Assembly (NCBI GenBank): GCA_037189525.1
Contig: JBBCJC010000002.1
Span: 1,024,001-1,088,000, forward strand
From: Gemmatimonadales bacterium
GTDB lineage: Bacteria; Gemmatimonadota; Gemmatimonadetes; Gemmatimonadales; GWC2-71-9
Direction of reading: 5' to 3'
DNA: 64,000 bases
A program made the translations under genes and the position numbers. The notes beneath the pieces were generated by a model. That model saw nothing but the letters and a program-made list of their open reading frames with translations. It was not told where the DNA came from and ran no database searches. Below are positions 28,632 to 39,500 of this stretch, one piece after another; within the stretch, counting starts at the first letter, position 1; each line of letters starts with the position of its first letter.

Positions 28632-29939
28632 ATGCAGAGCGTTCTGTCGATGATGGTCGATCGCGTTCGAGGTCTCCGGGCCGGTGTGGTGCCGCTTCTC
28701 CTGATCTCCGCCGGTGCCTGCAACGCGCTCGACGACTTGCTCTCGGTCGAGCTTCCGGGTTCGATCACCGCCGAAGAGGCGCAGTCGCCGGCCAAAGCAG
28801 CGGCGCTGGCGAGCGGTGGGATCACCTTGTTCAACTGTACGCTCCTCGGGCACATCGTGGAGGGCGCCACCCTCGGTGATGAACTGACTGGAGGGACCGG
28901 TGGCGCAAACACAGCCGATAATCGTTCGTTCTTCCTCGAATACACGCTGGGCACGGCGGGCACCGGATGCTTGGGTAACAGTTGGGGGGCGCTGTCCGCC
29001 GCGCGGTGGCACAACGAGAATACGCTTGCTTTGCTTCAGGGTTGGTCCGACCAGGAGGTTACGAATCGCTCGGCGTTGATGGCACAGGCCGCTATCTATG
29101 CCGGATATAGTCTGGTACTGATGGCGGAGCGGTTCTGCACTGGCGCGGTCGACGGTGGTCCCGAATTGTCTTCCGCGCAGCTTTTCGACCGGGCTGAAGA
29201 TCTCTTCGCCCAGGCGATCACAACGGCAACGGCGGCGTCGAACCAAGACCTGCTGAATCTGGCGCGGAGCGGACGGGCGCGCACTCGGCTTGGTCTCGGC
29301 CGGCTGGCCGATGCGGCGAGTGACGCTGCGTTGGTGCCTCAGGGCTATCTCAAGAATGCCGAGTACCCCGGGACCGCCGCCGTGAACGAAAACGGCGTCT
29401 ACACGTCGATCGTTCTGGGCGACACACGCACCATCGATCCCCGGTATCGGGACATGCGGTTCAATGGCGTACCCGATCCGCGAGTCGTTGCCACGAACAC
29501 GGGCCGTGTTACCCGATGGGCTGAACCCCTATGGATACCCGCGAAGTACCCAACTCGCACTACTCCGATCAGGATGGCGTCGTGGCAGGAGGCGCAGCTG
29601 ATCATCGCCGAGAACCGGGTAAGGAGCGGTGATGCTTCCGGTGCTGTCGCTATCATCAACGCGCTCCACGCTGCGGCGGGTATCCCGAGCTTTGCCAGCG
29701 ACGATGCCGCCGAGGTGCTTCAGCAGGTCATTTATGAGCGTCGTGCGGAGTTTTTTTTCGAAGGCCAGCATATCGGTGATTTCCGCCGGCTCGAACTTCC
29801 GTTGATTCCCGCTCCCGGAACGCCGTACTACAACGAACCGAATCAGACGTGGGGTTCGGCGCGGTGTTTCCCTCTCCCGAACTCCGAGCGGTCGAGTAAT
29901 CCCAACTTGGCCATGCGCAATCTTACGACCGTGCGTTAG
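28632..29939 (+). CDS. RagB/SusD family outer membrane lipoprotein
   Basis: Lipobox AGA-C; EAQLIIAE, A...INAL, YERRAEFFFEGQH.GDFRR, CFPLP..E...NPN. Confidence 0.88.
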   Translation: MQSVLSMMVDRVRGLRAGVVPLLLISAGACNALDDLLSVELPGSITAEEAQSPAKAAALASGGITLFNCTLLGHIVEGATLGDELTGGTGGANTADNRSFFLEYTLGTAGTGCLGNSWGALSAARWHNENTLALLQGWSDQEVTNRSALMAQAAIYAGYSLVLMAERFCTGAVDGGPELSSAQLFDRAEDLFAQAITTATAASNQDLLNLARSGRARTRLGLGRLADAASDAALVPQGYLKNAEYPGTAAVNENGVYTSIVLGDTRTIDPRYRDMRFNGVPDPRVVATNTGRVTRWAEPLWIPAKYPTRTTPIRMASWQEAQLIIAENRVRSGDASGAVAIINALHAAAGIPSFASDDAAEVLQQVIYERRAEFFFEGQHIGDFRRLELPLIPAPGTPYYNEPNQTWGSARCFPLPNSERSSNPNLAMRNLTTVR

Positions 29940-29942
29940 ACC

Positions 29943-31331
29943 ATGTCGACGTTGGGTAAGACCGCTCTCGACGATGGAGTCCGTTGTCGCCATCGAACGG
30001 CGCCGCGCGTGATGTTGCGATTCGCTGTCCTCCTCGCTGCGACAGTGTGCCTGTCGAGCGGCGCAGCAGCGCAGTCCGACAGCACGGCAAATACCTTCCT
30101 CCGTTGGGCTGCGGGTGCGTTGCGTCCGGTGAGCGTCGATTCAGCCGGAGAGAAGCTGATCGACGCCGACCGCCTGCTCGAGATGATCGGGTCCGCCCCG
30201 ATCACGGCGTTGAGTGAGGCGACTCACAACGGAGACGAGGTGCTGAGATTCCGCAACGCCCTGTTCCTCGCGCTGGCTCGTGAACGGCGCTACGGTGCGC
30301 TGGCGATTGAATCGGGCCTCAGTGAGGGCGCACGGCTCTATGAGTACGTACGAGGTGGATCACGGTCGTTTGGCGCTACGGTCGATAGCGGCTTCAGCTG
30401 GACCTTCCACACACATCGGGCCAACCAGGGGCTGCTGCAGATCCTGCGCGCATATAACACGGCGGCTCCCGGCTCCCCCGTCAGCTTATACGGATTCGAC
30501 GTTCCGGGAAGTCCCGGGAACACCGCGGCAGTCCGTGGGGTGAGTACGGCGCTGGGGGAGGCACTCTCTTACCTTCGCGAGGTGGACGAAGCGGAGTCTG
30601 AGCGCATCAATCATCGTGTCGCGACCTTCCTGGGGGCGACCCCTCGAGAAACATACGCCCATTATCTCCAGCTTGCGTTCGTCGATCGGGATCGGCTGTC
30701 CGGTGCGATCGCCGACTTGATTGGTGTGTTCGAGCGACGCGAGAAGAAGTATACGGAGGCGACGTCGGCCGAGCGATTCGCGTGGGGATATCGTCATGCC
30801 ATCGGAGCGCGCCAGATCGACACCTGGCTCCGGATGCTACCGCTGAACGAACGCCCGAAGCACTACTTCGAGCACCACGCCTATCGCGATCGGGCGATGG
30901 CCGAGAACGTCGATTGGATCAAGCGTCGAGAAGGGCCCGATGCCCGCCTCATGGTCTTTGCGTCCCGGTTCCACATCGCGGGTAGTCCGGTCCAGGTCTT
31001 GAGCTTGCGGGATAGTGAGCCGACACAGGCAGTCACGCTGGGCAGCTACCTCCGGGCGCAGTATGGAAACCAGGTCGTCCTGATCGGAAACATCTTCGGG
31101 CGTTCGCCGGCATGCCCTCCGTCGAAGCCTTCGACGAGCATGAGCCTGGATCGCTTGCTGTCAACCCTGGGCGTCCGATCGTTCGTCCTGGATCTTCGGC
31201 AGGCGCCGCAAGCCGTGCGGGCGTGGTTGGACCAGACGCACGCGCTGGACGAATACTTTGCGGTCAACATGGCGCAGGCTTTCGATATCATCTACTACAA
31301 CCAGGTCGATCCGCCTCGCTGCCGACCGTAG
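29943..31331 (+). CDS. Erythromycin esterase (TIKI/Ere superfamily)-like protein, exported
   Basis: LSEATH, LAIESG, YGFD, RDRAMAENV, LGSYLR..YG, FD motifs; signal peptide. Start may be about 30012. Confidence 0.78.
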   Translation: MSTLGKTALDDGVRCRHRTAPRVMLRFAVLLAATVCLSSGAAAQSDSTANTFLRWAAGALRPVSVDSAGEKLIDADRLLEMIGSAPITALSEATHNGDEVLRFRNALFLALARERRYGALAIESGLSEGARLYEYVRGGSRSFGATVDSGFSWTFHTHRANQGLLQILRAYNTAAPGSPVSLYGFDVPGSPGNTAAVRGVSTALGEALSYLREVDEAESERINHRVATFLGATPRETYAHYLQLAFVDRDRLSGAIADLIGVFERREKKYTEATSAERFAWGYRHAIGARQIDTWLRMLPLNERPKHYFEHHAYRDRAMAENVDWIKRREGPDARLMVFASRFHIAGSPVQVLSLRDSEPTQAVTLGSYLRAQYGNQVVLIGNIFGRSPACPPSKPSTSMSLDRLLSTLGVRSFVLDLRQAPQAVRAWLDQTHALDEYFAVNMAQAFDIIYYNQVDPPRCRP

Positions 31332-31472
31332 GCGGTGTGTCGTCGTGAGTAGTATCGCAGATGACACTGTGACATCTCCCTCTTGCGAGCATGTCTGGAG
31401 GCAGATGTTCAGAAGGCGGCAATACGCTTTTCGTTTTTGAAGCATCTTCCTCCGTTTCTTCCAGAGAGCACG

Positions 31473-33053
31473 ATGAATCCACGAGCCGGTAGCGTAGGTA
31501 CGGCGATCGCCGTATTGGTGCTGGTTGGTATCGGCGGGTCGGTCGTCCCGACCTCGGCCGTTGCGCAGGATGACACCTCGTTCGTCTGGGCCCAGCCGTC
31601 TCCACGGGCTGCGAACGAAGGAGAGGGGCCTTTCAACCGGCTGATCATCACCGGTGCTAGGATCATTAACGGTACCGGGACGCCTCCTTCACGCCCCACG
31701 ACGATCGTCATCGAGCGGAACCGGATCGTCCGGCTCGGCGGCCGGGTGGACGCACCCGGCCCGAACGACAAAATCATCGACGTACGCGGCGGCTATGTCA
31801 TTCCGGGCATGATCGATACGCACGTCCGGATTCTCTCTCCCGCTCAGGGTGTTTTCCCGACGGACTATCCGCTCAAGCTGCTCTTGGCGCATGGGATCAC
31901 GACGGTCGCGTCGATGCAGGATTATGGCCCACAAACGGATTGGGCGCTCGAGCTCCAGAAGCGGTCGGCTGCGAATGCGGTTGTGGCACCGCGGCTCCAG
32001 GTGTGGGCGGGTTTGGGAATGGTGACGACTCCCGAGGAAGCACGACAGCGGGTCCGGGCTGCCTATGCGCTCGGCGTCCGTGGCTCGGGAGAGTCTGCGT
32101 TGCGCGGTTCCGTAGAGGCGATTGAGGCGGGGCTTCAGGAGATGCGCAAGCTCGGCATGCGGTCCAACTGGCACATGTCGCAGCCGTTCGCGGTGCGCTT
32201 CAATGCGCTCGACGCGGCCCGGGTGGGACTCGACGGGCTGACGCACTGGTATGCTCTAATCGAAGCGCTGCTCGACGAGCAGTCGCTGCAGCGATATCCG
32301 GACGACTACGACTGGGGCGACGTCCGGTCGCGCTTCCGTCAGTCGGGCCGTTTCTGGAAACAGGCCGCCAAGCCAGGCAGCCCGCACTGGAACAAGGTGC
32401 TGGACGAGTTCCGCGCCCTCGACTTCACTTTTGAGCCTACCTTCAGCGTCTACGAAGCCAACCGCGATGTGGTGGGCGTGAGCCGTGCCGAGTGGCATGA
32501 CGAATACCTGCACCCCGCGCTGCGTGACACGTACGTGCCTAACACCTCTGGTCTCTTCTCCCACTTCTACGACTGGACCTCAACCGACGAAGCCGAGTGG
32601 CGGACCAACTTCCAGCTCTGGATGGCCTTTGTCAATGCCTACAAGAATCGCGGCGGTCGGGTCGTCGCCGGCACGGACGCGGGATACATGTGGACCGTGC
32701 CGGGCTTCAGCTACATCCGAAACCTCGAGATGCTGGAGGAGGCGGGCTTCTCGACCCTGGAAGTGCTCAGCTCGGCGACACTCAAAGGGGCGGAGCACCT
32801 GCAACTGGCGGATCAGCTGGGCACGGTAGAGGTCGGCAAGCTGGCCGACTTGGTTGTTCTCGAGCGTAACCCGCTCGACAACCTGAAGGAGTTCTATGGG
32901 ACGGGCTACATCAGCCTTCGGCCCGACAGCACAATCGGACGCATTGGTGGTGTTCGGTACACGATCAAGGACGGGATCGTTTACGACGCGAAGGCTCTCC
33001 TGGCCGATGTCCGGAAAATCGTCACGAATGCCAAGAATGCTCGCCGCCGGTAG
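31473..33053 (+). CDS. Secreted amidohydrolase family protein
   Basis: PGMIDTH, AGTDAG, GTVEVGKLADLVVL..NPL; signal peptide from ATG 31473. Confidence 0.85.
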   Translation: MNPRAGSVGTAIAVLVLVGIGGSVVPTSAVAQDDTSFVWAQPSPRAANEGEGPFNRLIITGARIINGTGTPPSRPTTIVIERNRIVRLGGRVDAPGPNDKIIDVRGGYVIPGMIDTHVRILSPAQGVFPTDYPLKLLLAHGITTVASMQDYGPQTDWALELQKRSAANAVVAPRLQVWAGLGMVTTPEEARQRVRAAYALGVRGSGESALRGSVEAIEAGLQEMRKLGMRSNWHMSQPFAVRFNALDAARVGLDGLTHWYALIEALLDEQSLQRYPDDYDWGDVRSRFRQSGRFWKQAAKPGSPHWNKVLDEFRALDFTFEPTFSVYEANRDVVGVSRAEWHDEYLHPALRDTYVPNTSGLFSHFYDWTSTDEAEWRTNFQLWMAFVNAYKNRGGRVVAGTDAGYMWTVPGFSYIRNLEMLEEAGFSTLEVLSSATLKGAEHLQLADQLGTVEVGKLADLVVLERNPLDNLKEFYGTGYISLRPDSTIGRIGGVRYTIKDGIVYDAKALLADVRKIVTNAKNARRR

Positions 33054-33054
33054 C

Positions 33055-35394
33055 ATGCCTCACCGAAATGAGCGCGGCAGGTCCGTAGGCCTGCTCGGGT
33101 GGTATACGAGTCGAGCTGCGATCGTTGCGGTGATCCTGCTGCCCGTCGTAACGGTCGCAGCTCACCCACAGGGGGGAACCCTTGCCGATTACGCCCGCGC
33201 CGAGGCATTCATGAGCCTTGATGCCAAGGTCGTGGGCGTGACGGCCACGACGCCGCAATGGATCGGTAGCAGCGATCGGTTTTGGTATCGTGTGACGCGC
33301 TCCCGGGGACACGAGTTTGTTCTAGTTGATGCAGAACGGAATACAAGCCAGCCGGCATTCGATCATGCGCGACTTGCGGACGGGATAGCTGCGGAGCTGG
33401 GAGGTCGTCATGTGGCGGACTCGCTGTCGCTGAGTATGCTGGACCTGCGGCCGGACGAACGGGTCCTCCGTGCCCGTGTGGCGGGCCGCGACATTGCGTG
33501 TGATCTGGTGGAGTACGTTTGTCGGGTTGAGACCTCGGTCGTTCGCCCCGGCGAGATCATATCGCCGGACGGTCGCTGGGCGGCGTTCGTACGTGACTTC
33601 AATCTCTATGTGCGTGCGCTCGATTCGAGTGCCGAGATCCAGCTCACGCATGATGGCATCGCAAGTTTCGGGTACGGATATACGACCGAGTCGAGCCTGC
33701 TCTCGGTTTCTCGGGCTCGAGCAGGGCAGCCGGATCCGGCGCGGGTGCTTTGGTCGCCGGACTCCCAAAAACTGCTGAGCTATCGAGTCGACGAGCGCCT
33801 TGTACCGGAGCTTCCTTTCATCGATATGGCACCCGGCGGGCGATACAACGTGCGCCCGAAGCTCTATACGGCACGTGTTGCGTTTCCGGCCGACAGTGTC
33901 ACGGCAACCGCAGAGCTGGTGGTCTTCGATGTGCCGAGCGGCCGCCGGATCGATGTCCGAGACGAACCGTTGTACGTCAACTACGATCTGATCCGGTTCA
34001 ATCTGCTGAGGTGGAGCAAGACCGGGAAGACGGTGTTCTACTTCCGCGAGGAGCGGGGGTTTCATCGGATCCAGCTCTATGCCGCCGATGCCTCGACGGG
34101 CCAAGTCCGCCGGCTGGTGGAGGAGCGAAGCACGTCGTACTTCTGGCCCGGATTCCATCAGGGGCAATGGGGAGTCGCAGGCGAAGGAGAGGAGGTGATC
34201 TGGCCGTCGGATCGGGACGGTTGGTTTCACCTCTATCGCTACGATGACCGTGCTGGCCAGGTCGCGAGGCAACTCACTTCCGGAGCATGGCGAGCAAAGG
34301 AGCTTCAGCACGTGGACGCGGCTGGTCGATGGGTCTATTTCCTGGGTAACGGACGCGAGCCCGGACGTGATCCCTACTACAGTCATCTCTATCGGCTGCG
34401 GTTCGACGGCACGGCGCTGCAGCTCCTAACCCCGGAGAACGGTCACCACCAAGTCACCTTCTCGCCATCGGGGAGGTACTTCATCGACCGCTACTCCCGG
34501 ACCGATCTGCCGCCGATCACGGTCCTGCGGACGCGCGACGGGAAGCTGGTGCGCGAGCTCGAGCGGGCCAACATCGGTGCGCTACTGGCGGCGGGATGGC
34601 GGGTGCCGGAGCGGTTTCACGCCAAGGGACGCGACGGAACGACCGACATTTACGGCGTGCTCTACCGGCCTGCCAACTTCGACTCGACGAAGCGATACCC
34701 CGTGATCGACTTCATCTACGGCGGGCCGCAATCGATCCACGCGCCGCGCATGTTCACTGCGGGTGAAGCAATCGCTGAGCTGGGATTCCTGGTCGTGCGG
34801 ATCGACGGTATGGGCACACCTGGACGGTCGAAGGCGTTCCAGGAGTTGTCTTACGGAGCTGGCTTCGCTGAGGGTGGTGGCTTGGAAGACCATATTGCAG
34901 TGCTAAAGGCGCTGGCGACACGCTACCCGTATCTCGACCTGAGTCGAGTCGGCATCTACGGACACTCCGGTGGCGGCTACAGCTCAGCGCGGGCGCTGTT
35001 CGACTATCCGGATTTCTTCAAGGTGGCGGTGTCCTCGGCCGGTTCGCACGACCAGTACCTCTATCAGTTGGAGTGGGGAGAACGGTTCATCGGCCGCCCC
35101 GGGGACGACCCTGCGGCCTACGCGCTTCAGGCCAACAGCGGCCGTGTCGCCAACCTCCGGGGAAAGCTCCTCCTGGCGCACGGCGACATGGACGATGATG
35201 TTCACCTCGTCAACACGATGCAACTCGTTCATGCGCTCGTGGTGGCGAACAAGGATTTCGACCTGATGATCCTGCCAGGCCGCAACCACTCCACTATGGC
35301 GAGCGACCGCTACTTCGTGCGCCGGCGCTGGGACTACTTCGTGCGCCACCTCCTTGGTGTCGAGCCTCCACCAGAGTACAAAATTGGCCGGTAG
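33055..35394 (+). CDS. S9 family dipeptidyl peptidase IV-like protease
   Basis: DPP IV beta-propeller, IYGGP, GHSGGG nucleophile, HGDMDDDVH, GRNH. Confidence 0.9.
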   Translation: MPHRNERGRSVGLLGWYTSRAAIVAVILLPVVTVAAHPQGGTLADYARAEAFMSLDAKVVGVTATTPQWIGSSDRFWYRVTRSRGHEFVLVDAERNTSQPAFDHARLADGIAAELGGRHVADSLSLSMLDLRPDERVLRARVAGRDIACDLVEYVCRVETSVVRPGEIISPDGRWAAFVRDFNLYVRALDSSAEIQLTHDGIASFGYGYTTESSLLSVSRARAGQPDPARVLWSPDSQKLLSYRVDERLVPELPFIDMAPGGRYNVRPKLYTARVAFPADSVTATAELVVFDVPSGRRIDVRDEPLYVNYDLIRFNLLRWSKTGKTVFYFREERGFHRIQLYAADASTGQVRRLVEERSTSYFWPGFHQGQWGVAGEGEEVIWPSDRDGWFHLYRYDDRAGQVARQLTSGAWRAKELQHVDAAGRWVYFLGNGREPGRDPYYSHLYRLRFDGTALQLLTPENGHHQVTFSPSGRYFIDRYSRTDLPPITVLRTRDGKLVRELERANIGALLAAGWRVPERFHAKGRDGTTDIYGVLYRPANFDSTKRYPVIDFIYGGPQSIHAPRMFTAGEAIAELGFLVVRIDGMGTPGRSKAFQELSYGAGFAEGGGLEDHIAVLKALATRYPYLDLSRVGIYGHSGGGYSSARALFDYPDFFKVAVSSAGSHDQYLYQLEWGERFIGRPGDDPAAYALQANSGRVANLRGKLLLAHGDMDDDVHLVNTMQLVHALVVANKDFDLMILPGRNHSTMASDRYFVRRRWDYFVRHLLGVEPPPEYKIGR

Positions 35395-35506
35395 TTGACG
35401 CCGACCTCGAGTGGAAGCGGATCTTGCCATCCTCCAGCGACGAGGCCTACTCTTCCTGGTATTATTCTGGCTGGACACGTCATGTCACTACGAGAAGGGC
35501 GGGAAC

Positions 35507-36427
35507 ATGAACCGACAAATCCTCGGCCTTGCGGCCTCGGTGCTGTTCGCTTCCGCGGTAGTTGCGCAGCAGCGCGATCCGATCATTCGCGAGGGTGTCA
35601 CAGTCAAACTTGGCCCGCACACCTACGCGATTCCCGACGACTGGGTCAGCATGGTGCCCAACGTGGGCATCGTGGTCGGCAGCCGCGCCACGCTGGTCAT
35701 CGATCCGGGGATGGGGCGGCGCAACGGTGAGATCGTGCTCCGCGAGGTCGCCAAGGTCAGCCGGAATACCGAGCTCTATGTGGTCTCGACCCACTACCAC
35801 CCGGAGCACACGAGCGGCTACCTCGCCTTTCCCGCCAACGCGCGCTACATCAACTCTAAGACCCAGGAAGCCGAGTTTGCGGAGCTCGGCAAGGAGATGA
35901 TCGACCGGTTCGCCACCTTCACGCCGGTGACGGCGGAACTGCTGAAAGACGTCACCCGGCGGGTCGCCGACATTACCTATGAACGCGAGTACCGGCTCGA
36001 CCTGGGCGGCGTGACGGTGCGCATGGTCGTGGTCGGCCCCACACATACCCGGGGCGACACCGGTTTCTTCGTCGAGGGTGACGGCGTCCTCTTCGCGGGC
36101 GATGTCGTAATGAACCAATCGTTCCTCGCTGCCAACCAGGCGTCGAGCACCTCGGCGTGGCTCACTGCATTCGATACCTTCGCAGCATTCCGACCCACCA
36201 CGGTCGTGCCGGCGCACGGTCCGATCGGCGACGGCTCCATCATTGCGACGCAGCGGACCCTGGTCCAGCGGATCCAATCGCGCACCCGCGAGCTCAAGGC
36301 CCAGGGTCGCTCGGCTGACGAGACGGCCACTATCGTCCAGAAGGAACTCCAGGCCGAGCATCCCGACTGGCCCCGAGCCAGTGGGATCGCCGCGCTGGCG
36401 CGCTCCTCGTGGAGCGAATCCCGATAG
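35507..36427 (+). CDS. Secreted MBL-fold metallo-hydrolase
   Basis: VID.G, THYHPEH, HT.GD, LFAGD, VPAHG. Confidence 0.88.
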   Translation: MNRQILGLAASVLFASAVVAQQRDPIIREGVTVKLGPHTYAIPDDWVSMVPNVGIVVGSRATLVIDPGMGRRNGEIVLREVAKVSRNTELYVVSTHYHPEHTSGYLAFPANARYINSKTQEAEFAELGKEMIDRFATFTPVTAELLKDVTRRVADITYEREYRLDLGGVTVRMVVVGPTHTRGDTGFFVEGDGVLFAGDVVMNQSFLAANQASSTSAWLTAFDTFAAFRPTTVVPAHGPIGDGSIIATQRTLVQRIQSRTRELKAQGRSADETATIVQKELQAEHPDWPRASGIAALARSSWSESR

Positions 36428-36509
36428 ATTTGTCCTGCCGAGGTTCGGGGCGCCATGCCCCGAACCGGTTCCACTCGCAGCCCTGCCATTCCTTGCGGAG
36501 CTTGAGCCG

Positions 36510-39500
36510 ATGCTCGCTTTGTTCGTTGCCCACGCGTTCGTTGCGATGCCCGCTGTCACGGCGGCGCCGATTGCCGTTCAGGACACGGCCCGCCGTCCCG
36601 CGGCCGGCCTCCCGCTCCAGGCGGGTACCCGGTCGTTCCGACTCAGTACGACACGCGGCACCTGGATGTCGGTCGACATCACTCCGGACGGTCGCACCCT
36701 CGTATTCGATCTGCTGGGCGATCTCTACACCCTGCCGATTGCCGGCGGTCGCGCCGTCAGACTGACCAGTGGCCTGGCCTTCGATGCGCAGCCTCGGATC
36801 AGTCCCGATGGAAAGCGCGTCGCGTTCGTCTCCGATCGGAGCGGGTCGGACCACGTCTGGACCATGTCACTCGACGGTCGCGATACCGTTCAGGTCACCC
36901 GCGGCAGTCTCCAGGGTGTCACCTCGCCGGAATGGACACCCGATGGTTCGGCCATCGTGGTTACCCGATCCGGTGGCGGTCCGGGCCAGCCCAAGCTCTG
37001 GCTCCATCATGTCTCCGGCGGCAGCGGCGTGCAGCTGATTCGCGAACCTGCGCAGCGATTCACGCTCGGCGCGGCGTTCGGTCCGGACCCGCGTTACATC
37101 TGGCACACCTTCCGGAACGGCGGCTTCAGTTACGACGCGCGATTCCCGATCTATCAGATCGCGGTCTACGATCGCGAGGCGGGCACGCAGACGGTCATGA
37201 CGAACCGCCAGGGTTCGGCGTTCCGCCCGACCCTTTCGCCCGATGGGAAGTGGCTGGCGTACGGCACCCGGTATAAGACGGAGTCGGGCCTGCGCCTGCG
37301 TGAGCTCGCGACCGGAAACGAGCGCTGGCTGGCCTATCCGGTCCAGCGTGACGATCAGGAAGGTTCGTCGTCGCTCGACGTGTTGCCGGGCTTCACCTTC
37401 ACGCCGGATTCGCGCGAGGTAATTGCGTCCTATGGCGGTGAGATCTGGCGAATCCCGGTCGCGGGTGGCGCCGCGTCGAAGATCCCGTTCCAGGTCGATG
37501 AGGACATCACCATCGGTCCCGAGGTCAAGTTCGCCTATCGGGTCGACACGGGGGCGGTGCAGGTCCGGCAGATCCGCGATGCCGTGCCCTCTCCGGACGG
37601 AACTCGGCTCGCCTTTTCCGCGCTGGGCAAGGTCTATGTCATGGACTACCCGAACGGCACGCCGAGACGGGTTTCGAACCTGACGGAAGGGGAACACTAT
37701 CCGGTCTGGTCGCCGGACGGCGCAGCGCTCGCGTTCGTGACCTGGAACGATCGAGATGGCGGCCACATCTATCGGGTGCCGGTGCGGGCCGCCGGTGCTG
37801 CGCAGCGTCTCACTCGTGTGCCCGCCCGTTATGCGCAGCTGGCGTGGTCACCCGACGGACAGCGGATCGTGGCGGTCCGGGCCGCCGCGCGCGACATGCA
37901 GGAAACGCTCGAACGTTTCGGCGCAGGGTTGGGAGCGGAGTTCGTCTGGATTCCGGCGACCGGTGGCGACGTGTCGGTCATCGCACCAACCGGTGGAAAA
38001 CAGGCCCCGCATTTCGGCAGTGCCGCCGACCGGATCTACTCGTACAGCGGCGCCGACGGTCTCGTCTCGATGCGCTGGGACGGCACCGACCTCAAGGCCC
38101 ATCTCAAAGTCACCGGGTCGTCGCCGCCGGGCGCGGCCAACCCGCCTTCGGCCGGCCTGATTCTGATCTCTCCCTCGGGCGACCGGGCGCTGGCGCAGGT
38201 TGGCAGCGATCTGTATGTCGTGACGGTGCCGGTGGTCGGCGGTCAGGTACCGACGGTGTCGGTTGCCGATCCGGCCAACGCCGCGTTCCCGGTGCGCAAG
38301 CTGACCGACATCGGCGGCGAATTTCCGGCCTGGGAGCGGAACGGGAACGCGGTGCGCTGGTCGGTGGGCAATGCGCACCTCCGGTTCGATCTGGCGCGGG
38401 CGCAGGCGCTCGATGACAGCTTGCGAGCCGCGCGGAATGCGCCGGCCGACACGACGCGTCGCGAGCGGCCGCGCTACCGTCCCGACGAAACACGCATCCG
38501 GATCACAGCGCCGCGCGACGTGCCCCAGCAGAATCTCGTCTTGCGAGGGGCGCGGGTCATTACGATGCGCGGCAACGAGATCGTCGAGAACGCCGATGTC
38601 GTGATTCGGAACGATCGGATCGTCTCGGTCGGGCCGCGGGGCGCGGTGCCCGCAGGCGCGCACGTGATTGAGTTGAACGGTAAGACCATCGTGCCCGGGT
38701 TCGTCGATGCGCATGCGCACTACCGGCATTCTCCAGGGATCCACTTCGGCCAGATGTGGGCCTATCTGGCCAACCTGGCGTACGGTGTCACCACCTCGCG
38801 CGATCCGCAGACCGCCACGACCGACGTGCTCACCTACGGTGATCTGGTGGAGACGGGGCAGATGATCGGTCCGCGGATCTATTCGACCGGTCCGGGCGTG
38901 TTCCTGGGCGAACAGATTCGCAGTCTGGACCATGCTCGCGACGTGATGCGCCGTTACAGCCGGTACTACGACACCAAGACGCTCAAGATGTATATGAGCG
39001 GGACTCGGCAGCAGCGGCAGTGGATCATCATGGCCGCGCGGGAACTCGAGCTGATGCCGACGACCGAGGGCGGGATCGACTATGCGCTCGAGATTACCCA
39101 CGCGCTCGACGGGTATTCGGGGGTCGAGCACTCCCTGCCGGTCTATCCGATCTTCGAAGACGTGGTCAATCTGTTCAAGCACAGCGGCACGGTGAATGTG
39201 CCGACGCTCGTGGTGGCGTACGGCGGACCGTGGGCGGAGAACTACTACTACGCTACCGAGCGGGTGGCCGACGACCCCAAGCTGATGCGGTTCCTCCCCG
39301 CGGCCGAGCTGGATGCTCGGGCCCGGCGGCGTGGCGGCAATCCCGGTACGTCCGGGTGGGTTCATCCGGATGAGCACATCTTTGCCCGGCACGCCGAGTT
39401 TGCCAAGGCGCTGGTCGAGGCGGGCGGCAAGATCGGGGTTGGTGGGCATGGCCAGTTGCAGGGGCTGGCCTACCATTGGGAGCTCTGGTCGATTCAGGCC

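Noticed and set aside
29934..29940. GTTAGAC before the esterase gene as an attC/attI core
   Set aside because: It contains the susD stop codon; no RYYYAAC partner or paired arms upstream.
35507..36427. Metallo-beta-lactamase resistance gene
   Set aside because: Motif is HxHxEH and the context is catabolic; the fold alone does not imply beta-lactamase activity.
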